Part shown: positions 37,840-47,624 of the stretch, piece by piece
Numbering within the stretch: position 1 is the stretch's first letter
How the letters are laid out: each line of letters starts with the position of its first letter
Assembly: GCA_041640295.1 (NCBI GenBank)
Contig: JBEQAR010000001.1
Span: 82,453-142,991 of the forward strand
Origin: a bacterium
Lineage (GTDB): Bacteria > Patescibacteriota > Minisyncoccia > UBA6257 > HR35
Direction of reading: 5' to 3'
DNA: 60,539 nucleotides
Made by a program: the position numbers and the translations under genes
Notes under the pieces: generated by a model
What the model was told of the DNA's origin: nothing
The model's input: the letters and a program-made list of their open reading frames with translations, nothing else
Databases searched by the model: none

Positions 37840-39140
37840 GAAAGTTAATATTAAAACCAAGAAATTTAATTTTAATTATTTCACCCAATAATTTGACTTT
37901 ATTAGAGGTAAAAAAAACTAAAAAAGAAATTAAAATTATCAATAAAATTGAGAAAAACGAAAACTATTTTTTAGGCTCCTCACTTCTCAAAAATAAATTA
38001 AATGAATTTTTAAAATTAATCCAAGAAAAATATTATGGTGAACAAATCAATGTAGTCTTAAATTTACCCAATTTTTTTATTCAAAAATTTAATCTACCAA
38101 ACTTAGACAATGATAAAAATTTAAGTATTATTGAAAGTCGAATCAAAGAAGAACTACCAATTAACATCGAAAAGTATTTCTGGAGAGTTTATTTTAATCC
38201 TAATAATTATGAGAATGTTATGGTTATTTTCTATGAGAAAGAAATTTTAGATGAATTGACTAACAATTTGTTATTAAATAACTTTTTACCTATTGAATTG
38301 CAACCTATATTTTCATCAATCATCAGTTTTTTGAAAGAAAAATATGCTTTAGCTTTTGATAAAAGTTATTTAATTTTGAATTTTTTCAAAAATGTTCTCA
38401 CAACAATTATTTACGAAAATGGATTAATAACTAATATTTTTAGCGAATATATAGAATCAATCAATAAAAAAGAAATAATTGATCGAATTATTAATTCTTC
38501 ATTAAGAAGTTTAAATTCACCTTTAGATTTAATTTTTATTCTGACCGATGAGGATTTTGAGTTAGATTTTCTTCTTAATAAAAATATTAGAATTATTGAC
38601 ATTACCAAAGAAACTGGTTTATCACAATTTGATATTCAAGCCTTATCAATAATTAATCCTCAAAATAAAGCTTTCTTATCGGAATTTTCTTTAAATGTTT
38701 ATAATTTAGAAAAAGATATTGCTCTTTATAACACTAATAATGTTTTGAAATTATGGTTATTAATTAGTTTAATTTTAGGAATTATTATCAATCTCAGTTT
38801 ATCAGCAATTTGGTTTTATTTTAGCAAAGAGAAAGAAAAAATATCAGCTGAAATTAAATTAACTTCTGGTTATAATTTGGAAGAATTAAGGGATTTTATT
38901 GCTAAAGTAAAAAGTCGAACCCTAAGTTTAAAAATTTATCAAAACTTAGATATTTTAAATAGTTTAAAAAATTATAAAATCGTCTCAATAGAATTTAATA
39001 ATCAATCAGCAAAAATTGTTATTGAAGAAAGTGATAATAAAAAAAGAGAGAGTCTCTTGAACTATTTAAAAAATAATTTAAAATTAAATAATATTAACAC
39101 TGAGGGTAATTTTATTAACATTAACATTGATTTTCAATAA
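37824..39140 (+). CDS. hypothetical protein with one internal TM segment; possibly a PilM/PilN-like assembly protein
   Basis: The architecture (a cytoplasmic region of about 310 aa, TM LKLWLLISLILGIIINLSLSAIWFYF, and a tail of about 100 aa) resembles a PilM-PilN fusion. No motif-level support. Confidence 0.3.
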   Translation: MVFKIRKLILKPRNLILIISPNNLTLLEVKKTKKEIKIINKIEKNENYFLGSSLLKNKLNEFLKLIQEKYYGEQINVVLNLPNFFIQKFNLPNLDNDKNLSIIESRIKEELPINIEKYFWRVYFNPNNYENVMVIFYEKEILDELTNNLLLNNFLPIELQPIFSSIISFLKEKYALAFDKSYLILNFFKNVLTTIIYENGLITNIFSEYIESINKKEIIDRIINSSLRSLNSPLDLIFILTDEDFELDFLLNKNIRIIDITKETGLSQFDIQALSIINPQNKAFLSEFSLNVYNLEKDIALYNTNNVLKLWLLISLILGIIINLSLSAIWFYFSKEKEKISAEIKLTSGYNLEELRDFIAKVKSRTLSLKIYQNLDILNSLKNYKIVSIEFNNQSAKIVIEESDNKKRESLLNYLKNNLKLNNINTEGNFININIDFQ

Positions 39141-39358
39141 TGATTAGAGGAGCATTTTGTCAAATTTGTCAAAAAGGAAGATTTAAAGTAACAAGAAGAA
39201 TAAAAACTCGAAGTAAGTATAATCCAACAGTTTCTTATTTTCAATATCCTAATTTGCAATGGTTTAAATTACCCAATGGAAAAAGAATAAAAATTTGTAC
39301 TAAATGTAGAAAAAGGCTTTTAAGGGAAAACTTATCAAATTTAAAATTAAAAATCTAA
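39140..39358 (+). CDS. rpmB: ribosomal protein bL28 (probable)
   Basis: Small and basic. ..CQICQKG.. near the N-terminus and ..PNLQ.. resemble bL28. Confidence 0.6.
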   Translation: MIRGAFCQICQKGRFKVTRRIKTRSKYNPTVSYFQYPNLQWFKLPNGKRIKICTKCRKRLLRENLSNLKLKI

Positions 39359-40165
39359 ATCTTCCTCTAGGTGTTTCAAAACTAAATTAGGATTTTCTTG
39401 GGCTTCTTGAAGATTATTAATTAATTCTTCAAAAAGTTCATCAAATTCTGTTGGTAATCTTTTCTTCTTATAAGGATTAGCCCAAGAAATTATTTGATTA
39501 TAAATATAAGGATGCCATTTGCCAATTTCTTTGATTTTCTGCGATATTTCCCTTACAAAACCATTAGCTATAAGAATCTTATCTGCTCGTTTTTGTCTTA
39601 TTTGAATTGCTTCATTAAGGGGAGAATCTAAGAAAAAGTCACATTTTTTTAAAATTGATTCAAAAGAACTTCCGGCTAACTTTTCTGATTGTTCATAAGC
39701 AATACCTAAGGTAACATAATAAGCTTGTTCTAAAGAATCAATAATTTCTGGATCAGACTCAATAATTTCTGGTCGTTGTTGAAGATATTCTCGATAAACC
39801 GCTAAGGCAACATAAGCTTTTTCTCTTATATTTAATTCTTTTTCAATATTAAAATTCATCATTAACTTTGCTAAATGATCTGGTACAATAATCACTGGTA
39901 ATTCCTTAATGCCCAATTCTTTAGCAGCTAAAAACCTGTGTTGGCCATCGATAATAATATATTTATCTTCAGTTTTTTCTTTAACAACAATCAGCGGAAC
40001 TAAAAATCCGATTCTTTCAATTGAAGTTATAAGATGCTTAATATGATATTGACTTGGTTTTCTTTGATGAGAGATTACTTCTAAATTTTCTATTGGCACA
40101 AGAGTAATAGTTAAATTATTTTTTTTATACGGATCAGAAAAAGTTAATTTTCCTTTGGGAGGCAT
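39347..40165 (-). CDS. ParB-like N-terminal domain protein with the DGQHR motif (DndB/DpdB-like)
   Basis: ..PLIVVKEKTEDKYIIIDGQHRFLAAKELGIKELPVIIV.. carries an exact DGQHR signature in a ParB/Srx fold context. Confidence 0.7.
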   Translation of the reverse strand: MPPKGKLTFSDPYKKNNLTITLVPIENLEVISHQRKPSQYHIKHLITSIERIGFLVPLIVVKEKTEDKYIIIDGQHRFLAAKELGIKELPVIIVPDHLAKLMMNFNIEKELNIREKAYVALAVYREYLQQRPEIIESDPEIIDSLEQAYYVTLGIAYEQSEKLAGSSFESILKKCDFFLDSPLNEAIQIRQKRADKILIANGFVREISQKIKEIGKWHPYIYNQIISWANPYKKKRLPTEFDELFEELINNLQEAQENPNLVLKHLEEDLDF

Positions 40166-40231
40166 TTTATTTATTTTTCATTAAAATAATTATATAATTA
40201 TAAACTAATTTAAAATAATTTCAAAATAAAA

Positions 40232-43200
40232 ATGAAAAATATGAAAGTTAGGGCTGAATATCTTAAAATTTGCCCCATTGATAAAAATCGAGCTGGTATT
40301 GATGAAATTATTAAATTTAAAGAATGTTTATCAGATTATCATCGTTTCGGCTTAGATTATCCAAAGTTATTAAAAAATAACAAGTATTGTCACTTATTAA
40401 AAGAAAGCAGCTTTCTTTGTCAAGTGGAGAATAATTTATTATTATTTAAAAAATATTTCAAAAAATTAACCAACTATCAACCATTTCATCTTCAAATTTA
40501 TTGGGCAAAAAGATTGTTAAAGGGTGAAAGTTTTAGTATTATTGCCCCAACTGGTTTTGGGAAATCAACTTTTGGAATTATTTTTTCTCTCTTCTCTGTT
40601 GAAATTTTAAAAGAAAAAAAAATTTACTACTTAGTTCCTACCAAAATATTAATTAATGAAATAGAAAAAAGATTTAATAATTTTAATAAAAGAAACAAAG
40701 TTAAAATATTAGCAATCCAAGATAGACAAAAATTTTCAGATGATTTTGATATTCTGATTACTACTACGCAATTTTTACATAAAAATTTTGAATTGCTTCC
40801 CAAAAATTTTAAATTCATTTATATTGATGATGCTGATTCAATGATTAGACAACCTAAAAATATTGATAAAGTTTTAAAATTAATAGGTTTTAATGATGAA
40901 GAAATCGAAACTGCTTTTAAGGTGATTGATACTAAAAGAAAAAAGGATTATCAAAACGCAGAAATTTTGAAAAAAAATATAGATTTTACTAATAAGGGGA
41001 AATTAGTAATTTCATCAGCAACTTTAACACCAAGAACTAAAAGAATTAATCTTTTTCGAGAATTATTAAATTTTGAAATCGGCTCTTCACAAACATATTT
41101 AAGAAATATTGTTGATTTTTATGAAAATTTAGAAAATAAGAATGATATTTTTCAACAATCTTTAAAGTGGATTAAAAAACTTGGCGCAGGAGGATTTGTT
41201 TTTCTTTCTGATGATTATCGAAAAGATGATTTAAATTACTATCTTAATTTTTTAGCCCAAGCAGGAGTGAAAGCTATTTCTTATGAAAAATTCAACAAAA
41301 GAAACCGTGAATTATTTGAATTAAATGAAATTGATATTGTAGTTGGTTTTTCTAATATTCGTAATCCTCTAACTCGTGGTATTGATTTACCACATGTTGT
41401 TCGTTATGCTTTATTTTTAGGTATACCAAAATTTAAATTACCACTAAGAATTTCCTATTCTCCCAAGAATTTACTTTTAATTATTTTAACCTTTCAAAAA
41501 TATTTAAAGGAAAGTTATGAAGATATATTAACTGATATTAAGTTTTTAAAAAAATACAGTTTTTTGAAAGAAGACAAAGTTTTAGAAAACAAAAATTTAA
41601 AAAATAAAATTGAAATTATTCAAAATAAAATTAATGGATTTTTAAATGATCCAGAGTTTTTAAACAAAGTGAAAAACGACCCTAATTTAAATATTATTAA
41701 TGAAAATGGCTTAAACTTTCTATTAATTCCTGATGCTCGCGGTTATATTCAAGCTTCAGGAAGAACTTCTCGTTTATATCCTTTAGGTCTTAGCCAAGGA
41801 TTAAGTATAGTTTTAGTTGATAATGAAAAGCTTTTTAATAGCTTGAAAAATAAATTAAGAATTATTGGTTATAAGATTGAATTTTTAAATGATAACAATA
41901 AATTAGAAGAGGTGATTAAAAAGGTTGATGAAGATCGAAAATTAATTAAAAAAATTATTAAAGAGGATGAAAAAATTTTCTTTTATGATCCAATAAAAAC
42001 TGTTTTGATTATTGTTGAATCACCTACTAAAGCAAAAACTATTGCTAATTTTTTTGGTAAACCAGCTAAAAGAATTTACAACAATTTTTTACTTTATGAA
42101 GTAAGTTTAGGTAATTATTTGATAAATATTGTCGCTACCTTGGGACATTTCGTTGATTTAGTTTATAACGAGGGAATTTATGGAGTTAAAAAAAATAATA
42201 GCGAATTTATACCAATTTTTGAACCACTGAAAACTTGTTCAAATTGTGGCCGACATACAGAAATTAACCTTAATCAATGCCCTATTTGTAATTCACAAAA
42301 TTTCTTTAATAAAGAAAAATTAATAGATATTTTAAGAGCCAAAAGTAATGAATTTCAAGAAATATATTTAATGACTGATCCTGATATTGAAGGCGAGAAA
42401 ATTGCTTTTGATTTATTTGTTTATCTCTATCCTTTTAATCAAAATATTAAAAGAATTGAATTGCATGAAATCACTAAAGAAGAATTTTTAAATAAATTCA
42501 AAACACCGAGAAAATTAAATTTAAATTTAGTTTGCTCACAAATTACCAGAAGAATTGCTGATCGTTGGATAGGTTTTTCTTTAAGCCAAGAATTACAAGA
42601 AGAATTTAAAAATTTAAATTTATCAGCAGGTCGAGTTCAAACCCCTGTTTTAGGTTGGTTGATAAATAATGATTTAGAACGAAAGAATAATAAAATTTAT
42701 TTCATTAGAGCTTTTTTCAATCAAAATAATTATCTTGATTTTAAAATCACTAATAAAGATCTAATTAAAGAAATAAGAAAACTGAAAAATAATTTACAAA
42801 TCAAGGTAGAAATTAATAATGAAAAAATAGAAACCCTTAATCCACCACCTCCCCTTCAAACAAGTGAATTATTAAAAGAAGCTTGGAATTATTTAAAACT
42901 TGATCCTCAAACAACAATGGCTTTAGCTCAAAATTTATTTGAACGTGGTTATATTACCTATCATCGAACCGATTCGATTTATGTCTCTGAATTTGGTCGT
43001 GATTTAGCTTATGAATTCTTGAATAAAAATAATGAATTATCACTTTTTTATAGAAAATCTTGGGGGAAACCAGGTACCCATGAATGCATTCGGCCGACTA
43101 AACCTTTAACTACAGAGGAAATTATAGAACAGTCATTACTTAATCAAACAGAATTATTATCAAGAAGACATTTAAGACTTTATGAATTAATTTTAAAAAG

Positions 43201-43735
43201 ATTTATAGCCTCTCAATGTAAACCAACAAAAGTTAAAAAATTAATTCTTAATTTCAAACTTCTTTCTAATAACAAAACCTTAATAAAAGACAAAAAGGAA
43301 ATTATCTCAGAGATTGTTGAAGAAGGCTTTAATAAATTTTACTCAAATTTTTATTTTTTTAATATTGAGCCTAAAATTTATAATATTGAATCTATTAAAA
43401 TTAATCGTTTTTCTGCTGTTCCACCTTATACTAATGCATCGATTATTGATGAAATGAAAAAAAAGGGATTAGGTAGACCATCAACTTATTCTTTGATTAT
43501 TCAAACTATTTTAGATAGAAAATATGCTATTATCAAAAGTGGTTATTTAATTCCCACCAATCAAGGAAAAAAAATTTATTATTATTTAATCGAAAAATAC
43601 AAAGATTTGGTCGAAGAACAATTCACTAAAAAATTAGAATCAGAAATGGATAAAATTGAAAAAGGTCGAATTAATTATCAACAAATCTTATTTAATCTAT
43701 TTAGTAGATTATTTAAAGATGAGAATAAAAAATAA
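40232..43735 (+). CDS. rgy: reverse gyrase (SF2 helicase-like domain fused to a type IA topoisomerase)
   Basis: A single 1167-aa ORF. The helicase part has motif I APTGFGKST, motif II DDADS and motif VI QASGRTSRL. The topoisomerase part has Toprim IIVESPTKAKTI and TDPDIEGEKIA, zinc ribbon CSNCGRH...CPICNS and active-site GYITYHRTDS. Confidence 0.9.
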   Translation: MKNMKVRAEYLKICPIDKNRAGIDEIIKFKECLSDYHRFGLDYPKLLKNNKYCHLLKESSFLCQVENNLLLFKKYFKKLTNYQPFHLQIYWAKRLLKGESFSIIAPTGFGKSTFGIIFSLFSVEILKEKKIYYLVPTKILINEIEKRFNNFNKRNKVKILAIQDRQKFSDDFDILITTTQFLHKNFELLPKNFKFIYIDDADSMIRQPKNIDKVLKLIGFNDEEIETAFKVIDTKRKKDYQNAEILKKNIDFTNKGKLVISSATLTPRTKRINLFRELLNFEIGSSQTYLRNIVDFYENLENKNDIFQQSLKWIKKLGAGGFVFLSDDYRKDDLNYYLNFLAQAGVKAISYEKFNKRNRELFELNEIDIVVGFSNIRNPLTRGIDLPHVVRYALFLGIPKFKLPLRISYSPKNLLLIILTFQKYLKESYEDILTDIKFLKKYSFLKEDKVLENKNLKNKIEIIQNKINGFLNDPEFLNKVKNDPNLNIINENGLNFLLIPDARGYIQASGRTSRLYPLGLSQGLSIVLVDNEKLFNSLKNKLRIIGYKIEFLNDNNKLEEVIKKVDEDRKLIKKIIKEDEKIFFYDPIKTVLIIVESPTKAKTIANFFGKPAKRIYNNFLLYEVSLGNYLINIVATLGHFVDLVYNEGIYGVKKNNSEFIPIFEPLKTCSNCGRHTEINLNQCPICNSQNFFNKEKLIDILRAKSNEFQEIYLMTDPDIEGEKIAFDLFVYLYPFNQNIKRIELHEITKEEFLNKFKTPRKLNLNLVCSQITRRIADRWIGFSLSQELQEEFKNLNLSAGRVQTPVLGWLINNDLERKNNKIYFIRAFFNQNNYLDFKITNKDLIKEIRKLKNNLQIKVEINNEKIETLNPPPPLQTSELLKEAWNYLKLDPQTTMALAQNLFERGYITYHRTDSIYVSEFGRDLAYEFLNKNNELSLFYRKSWGKPGTHECIRPTKPLTTEEIIEQSLLNQTELLSRRHLRLYELILKRFIASQCKPTKVKKLILNFKLLSNNKTLIKDKKEIISEIVEEGFNKFYSNFYFFNIEPKIYNIESIKINRFSAVPPYTNASIIDEMKKKGLGRPSTYSLIIQTILDRKYAIIKSGYLIPTNQGKKIYYYLIEKYKDLVEEQFTKKLESEMDKIEKGRINYQQILFNLFSRLFKDENKK

Positions 43736-44270
43736 CAACTATTATTACAAAAATTTGACAGTAAAAAAATGTAATAATGGTTTAGGTCTTTTTGCTAAAA
43801 AAAATTTCAAACGCGGAGAAATTATTTTAGAATTTATAGGAAAAATTGTTCATCGGTCAGAAATCGATAAAGTCAAAAATGAAAAAACAAAAAAATTAAT
43901 CGATGATTATTCAATACAAATTGATAAAGATATATTTTTATTAGGAACGGGTCAGGATAAAAAAATTTATGATGATTTTATTAATCATTCTTGTGATCCT
44001 AATGCTTATGTATTTATTAATGGTAATAAAGTTTTGTTAATTGCCTTAAAGAATATTAAAAAGAACGAGGAGATAACCTATGATTATTCAACAACTATGT
44101 ATAATGATTCCTGGTCAATAAAATGTCATTGTGGTTCGAAAAAATGTCGGGGTTATATTAAAGAATTTAAATATCTTCCTTCAAAAATTAAAATGAAGTA
44201 TTATCATTTGGGCATTTTGCCTTCTTATATTGTAGATATATTTTTTAAGAGACGGACTAAGAAAGGATAA
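43719..44270 (+). CDS. SET-domain protein-lysine methyltransferase with a post-SET Cys cluster
   Basis: ..GLGLFAKKNFKRGEIILEF.., NHSCDPNAYV, EEITYDYS and CHCGSKKCRGYI are present. ATG 43719 overlaps the rgy 3' end by 17 nt; the track start 43656 is further inside rgy. Confidence 0.85.
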   Translation: MRIKNNNYYYKNLTVKKCNNGLGLFAKKNFKRGEIILEFIGKIVHRSEIDKVKNEKTKKLIDDYSIQIDKDIFLLGTGQDKKIYDDFINHSCDPNAYVFINGNKVLLIALKNIKKNEEITYDYSTTMYNDSWSIKCHCGSKKCRGYIKEFKYLPSKIKMKYYHLGILPSYIVDIFFKRRTKKG

Positions 44271-44568
44271 AATCTTCAATTTTAATTTGAGTAAAGTAAT
44301 TTTTATAACCAACCTTTTTTTTATAGCGAGTTTTAGGTTTAAATTTAATAATCTGAATTTTCTTCTTAATCTGTTTAACTATTTTCCCTTTCACCTTGAT
44401 ATTATCCAAGAATGGTTTACCAATTAATAATTTTTGTCCATCGAAGAATAATAATACCTTATCAAACAACACATTACTTTCAACTTCTCCTTTGATTTTA
44501 TTAACCAAAATAAGATCGTCTTTTTTAACTATATATTGTTTGCCACCGGTTTCAATAACTGCTAACAT
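44257..44568 (-). CDS. rplU: ribosomal protein bL21
   Basis: MLAVIETGGKQYIVKKDD.. is a canonical bL21 N-terminus. Confidence 0.9.
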   Translation of the reverse strand: MLAVIETGGKQYIVKKDDLILVNKIKGEVESNVLFDKVLLFFDGQKLLIGKPFLDNIKVKGKIVKQIKKKIQIIKFKPKTRYKKKVGYKNYFTQIKIEDFILS

Positions 44569-44582
44569 TTTTTAGGAATATA

Positions 44583-44888
44583 TTAATAATTCAAGAAAAA
44601 TAATTTAAGAAAAATAAAAAAGCTAATTAAAAATAAAAAGGTGTTAATAATATCGGCAATTCTTTTTTTTAGTCCCCATAAGGTTAAAATAAAATTATAA
44701 AATATAAAAAGAGTAAATGCAATAGGGTATAAATAAAGTAAATACTTATCAGCTAATAATATTTTTTGGGGATAGGGTTTGTAATAATAGACAACTTGAT
44801 TCACCTGAATAAAATTAACACCTATTAACCATACAAGCCAGATTGTTGAAATCAAAATTAAAGTAAAATAAATATCAATTTTTTTCAT
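44583..44888 (-). CDS. small membrane protein (101 aa)
   Basis: Three hydrophobic segments. The start overlaps the murG stop. Confidence 0.4.
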   Translation of the reverse strand: MKKIDIYFTLILISTIWLVWLIGVNFIQVNQVVYYYKPYPQKILLADKYLLYLYPIAFTLFIFYNFILTLWGLKKRIADIINTFLFLISFFIFLKLFFLNY

Positions 44889-46027
44889 TATTTGGTTATT
44901 AAAAATAAAATTTCTTTTACTATTTTTTCTGTTGCCTCTTTTCGAGCAAAGCTTAAGGCATTTTCTCTCATTTCTTTGAGTAATTTATCATCATTAAGGG
45001 TTTTAATAACTATAGTCGATAAAAGATCAGGGAAAAAATTTTTCTCTTCAATAACAATCGCTGCACCAGAATCAGCATAGGCATAAGCATTTTTAATTTG
45101 ATGTTCTCCCCCAACTTCTTTTCTTAAGGGAATTAAAATTGAAGGTACGCCACAAGCTGCTAATTCAAAAATTGTTCCAGCTCCTGCTCGAGCAATAACC
45201 AAATCGGCCATTTTCATTAATTTAATTAAATCGTAATTATCTAAAAAATCTACTGGATGATAATATTTTTTTCTAGCAGGTACATTTTCTAAAATGTATC
45301 CATCGGCAATTTGTGAATATTCATTAAACATTGTTCTACCCAATTGATGAACTACATGAGCTACTTTCAATAATTTATTTAAAGAAAAAATAACTACCTC
45401 ATTAATTTTTTGCGATCCCTGAGAACCACCTAAAACTAAAATAATTTTTTCTTGAGGATTAAGATTAAATTTTAAATAATCTTCGTGAGTTACATTTATT
45501 TCATCAAAATTAGGAATTAGTGGTTGACCAATTAGAGCTGTTTTTTTAGGGTTAAAAAATTTTTTAGCTTCTTCAAAATTAACAGCTATCAGAGTAGCAA
45601 ATTTACCAGCTAACCTATTACTTCTACCAGGAACACTATCTGATTCATGAATGATAATAGGAATTCTCAAAAGCCAACCAGCTATTACCACCTCAAGACT
45701 GCCAAAACCTCCCTTAGAAAAAATAACATTAGGCATTAATAGATAAAGTCTTATTAAAGCAACCATCAATCCAATAGGAAATTTAAAAATATCAATAAAG
45801 TTCATTAAATGAAAATATCGTCTTATTTTCCCGGCTGGTATTTGATATACTTCTATTCCTTCCCTGCTCATTAATTCTTTGTCAAATGGTGGAGCACCAA
45901 GATAAAAAATTTCGTAATTCCAATTTCTTTTAATCATTTCTTCTTTAAATTGTTTAGCAATAAAAATTAACGGGAAAAAATGACCACCAGTTGTTCCACC
46001 AGTTAAACAAAGTCTTATTTTTTCCAT
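44888..46027 (-). CDS. murG: UDP-GlcNAc:lipid I N-acetylglucosaminyltransferase
   Basis: LTGGTTGGHFFPL.., ..LGGSQGSQKIN.. and ..ARAGAGTIFELAACGVPSILIP.. are present. Confidence 0.9.
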   Translation of the reverse strand: MEKIRLCLTGGTTGGHFFPLIFIAKQFKEEMIKRNWNYEIFYLGAPPFDKELMSREGIEVYQIPAGKIRRYFHLMNFIDIFKFPIGLMVALIRLYLLMPNVIFSKGGFGSLEVVIAGWLLRIPIIIHESDSVPGRSNRLAGKFATLIAVNFEEAKKFFNPKKTALIGQPLIPNFDEINVTHEDYLKFNLNPQEKIILVLGGSQGSQKINEVVIFSLNKLLKVAHVVHQLGRTMFNEYSQIADGYILENVPARKKYYHPVDFLDNYDLIKLMKMADLVIARAGAGTIFELAACGVPSILIPLRKEVGGEHQIKNAYAYADSGAAIVIEEKNFFPDLLSTIVIKTLNDDKLLKEMRENALSFARKEATEKIVKEILFLITK

Positions 46028-46047
46028 TTTTCTAAAAATAAATTTTA

Positions 46048-47097
46048 TTAATTTCTAAATTTACTAATTATACCCAAAGAAATCATAATTGCTATTTGGC
46101 TTGATGGTCCATAACTAAAAAATGGTAATGGTATTCCAGTAGAAATTAATAAATTTGACATTAAATGAACAAAAACTTGCGCAGATAACCAACAAGCCAC
46201 TCCGATAGCAAAAAATCTTTTCGATTCATCTTTAACTAACTGAGCAAGATACAATATTCTAAATATCAAAAAATTAAAAATAATTATCAATACCAAAGAA
46301 CCAATAAAACCGGTTTCTTCTGCATAAACAGCAAAAATATTATCGGTTAACATTAAGGGTAAGCCTATTGACTTCAATTCAGAATTTCCTAAACCTTTGC
46401 CCAAAATACCTCCTGAACCAATAGCTAATCGACTTTGATTTAATTGAAAACCTATACCTCTTTCATCTTTTTTAAAAATTCCTAAAATTCTTTCTGAACG
46501 ATAACTCCAAAGAAAAGCAAAGGCTATTAGTAAAAAGACCAAAAAAAACAAAATAAAAATATTTCTTAAATTAATATTAGACCCCATCAATGCTCCAATA
46601 ATACCAGCTAAAAAAATTAAAAGATTACTTAAGGCTGGTTGGAAATAAATAATTAATGAAACTAAAAATACTAAACCGATTGAAATATAAAAATATTCTA
46701 TTTTTCTTTTGATTAAAGGCAAAAGAGAAGCTAAAAATAACAGCATCGATATTTTCATAAATTCAGACGGCTGAAACGAAAATCCCTGAAAATAAAACCA
46801 ACGAGCAGTTGGTTGGTTGGGTAATTTAAAAAAATCTAAAAATGGTAAGATTAAAAAAATTAAATTAATTAAAAATAATATCTTAGCAATTCTTTTAAAA
46901 ATTACCCAATCCAAAAAATAACCCAGCCAAAATAATAAAAATGGTAACAAAAAATTAAAAATTAAAAATTTTTTAAAGTAATAAAGAGGGTCATTCATTA
47001 CCTTGGTTGAGTAAGGCAAAGAAACTCCGTAAAAAAAATATAAACTACTAAAACTTAAAAATAAAATTATTAACAATAAAGGATAGTCAATTTTCAT
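46048..47097 (-). CDS. ftsW: FtsW/RodA/SpoVE family peptidoglycan glycosyltransferase
   Basis: Polytopic membrane protein with ..QPSEFMKI.. and ..LMLTDNIFAVYAEETGFIG.. motifs, adjacent to murG. Confidence 0.85.
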   Translation of the reverse strand: MKIDYPLLLIILFLSFSSLYFFYGVSLPYSTKVMNDPLYYFKKFLIFNFLLPFLLFWLGYFLDWVIFKRIAKILFLINLIFLILPFLDFFKLPNQPTARWFYFQGFSFQPSEFMKISMLLFLASLLPLIKRKIEYFYISIGLVFLVSLIIYFQPALSNLLIFLAGIIGALMGSNINLRNIFILFFLVFLLIAFAFLWSYRSERILGIFKKDERGIGFQLNQSRLAIGSGGILGKGLGNSELKSIGLPLMLTDNIFAVYAEETGFIGSLVLIIIFNFLIFRILYLAQLVKDESKRFFAIGVACWLSAQVFVHLMSNLLISTGIPLPFFSYGPSSQIAIMISLGIISKFRN

Positions 47098-47111
47098 TTA
47101 ATTTTAATTAA

Positions 47112-47624
47112 CTAACGCTTATGCCATTGAGGAGCTTTTCTTGCTTTTTTCAAACCATATTTTTTCCTTTCCTTCTTTCTTGGATCACGAGTTAATAATC
47201 CAGATTTCTTAAGTTTTAATTTCCACTCAGGATAAATTTTCACTAAGGCCCGAGCAATACCTAATTTAATAGCATCTGCTTGACCGCTTAAACCTCCACC
47301 CTTTACTTTGGCAACTATTTTATAATTATCAAAAATTTTTAATTTTCTCAATGGAGCATCGGTTATCTTTCTTAAATGAATTGTTGGAAAATAATCAGTA
47401 TAATCTCGATCATTAACGATAATTTGTATTTGATCTTTTTTTTCAAAATTATCATAAATCCTTACTCGGGCAATCGATCTTTTCCTTCTGCCTATAGCTT
47501 CAACATATTTGTTTTTGCCAATTATTGGCAAAACATCAGTTTCCTTTTTCTCTTCTTCTTTTTCTTCTTCCCAATCTTTTATTTCTATTTCTTTTTCTTG
47601 TTCTTCAGATAAAATTTTATCCAT
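47112..47624 (-). CDS. rpsI: ribosomal protein uS9 with an acidic N-terminal extension of about 40 aa
   Basis: ..GRRKRSIARVRI.. and ..GGGLSGQADAIKLGIARAL.., ending ..APQWHKR. Confidence 0.9.
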   Translation of the reverse strand: MDKILSEEQEKEIEIKDWEEEKEEEKKETDVLPIIGKNKYVEAIGRRKRSIARVRIYDNFEKKDQIQIIVNDRDYTDYFPTIHLRKITDAPLRKLKIFDNYKIVAKVKGGGLSGQADAIKLGIARALVKIYPEWKLKLKKSGLLTRDPRKKERKKYGLKKARKAPQWHKR

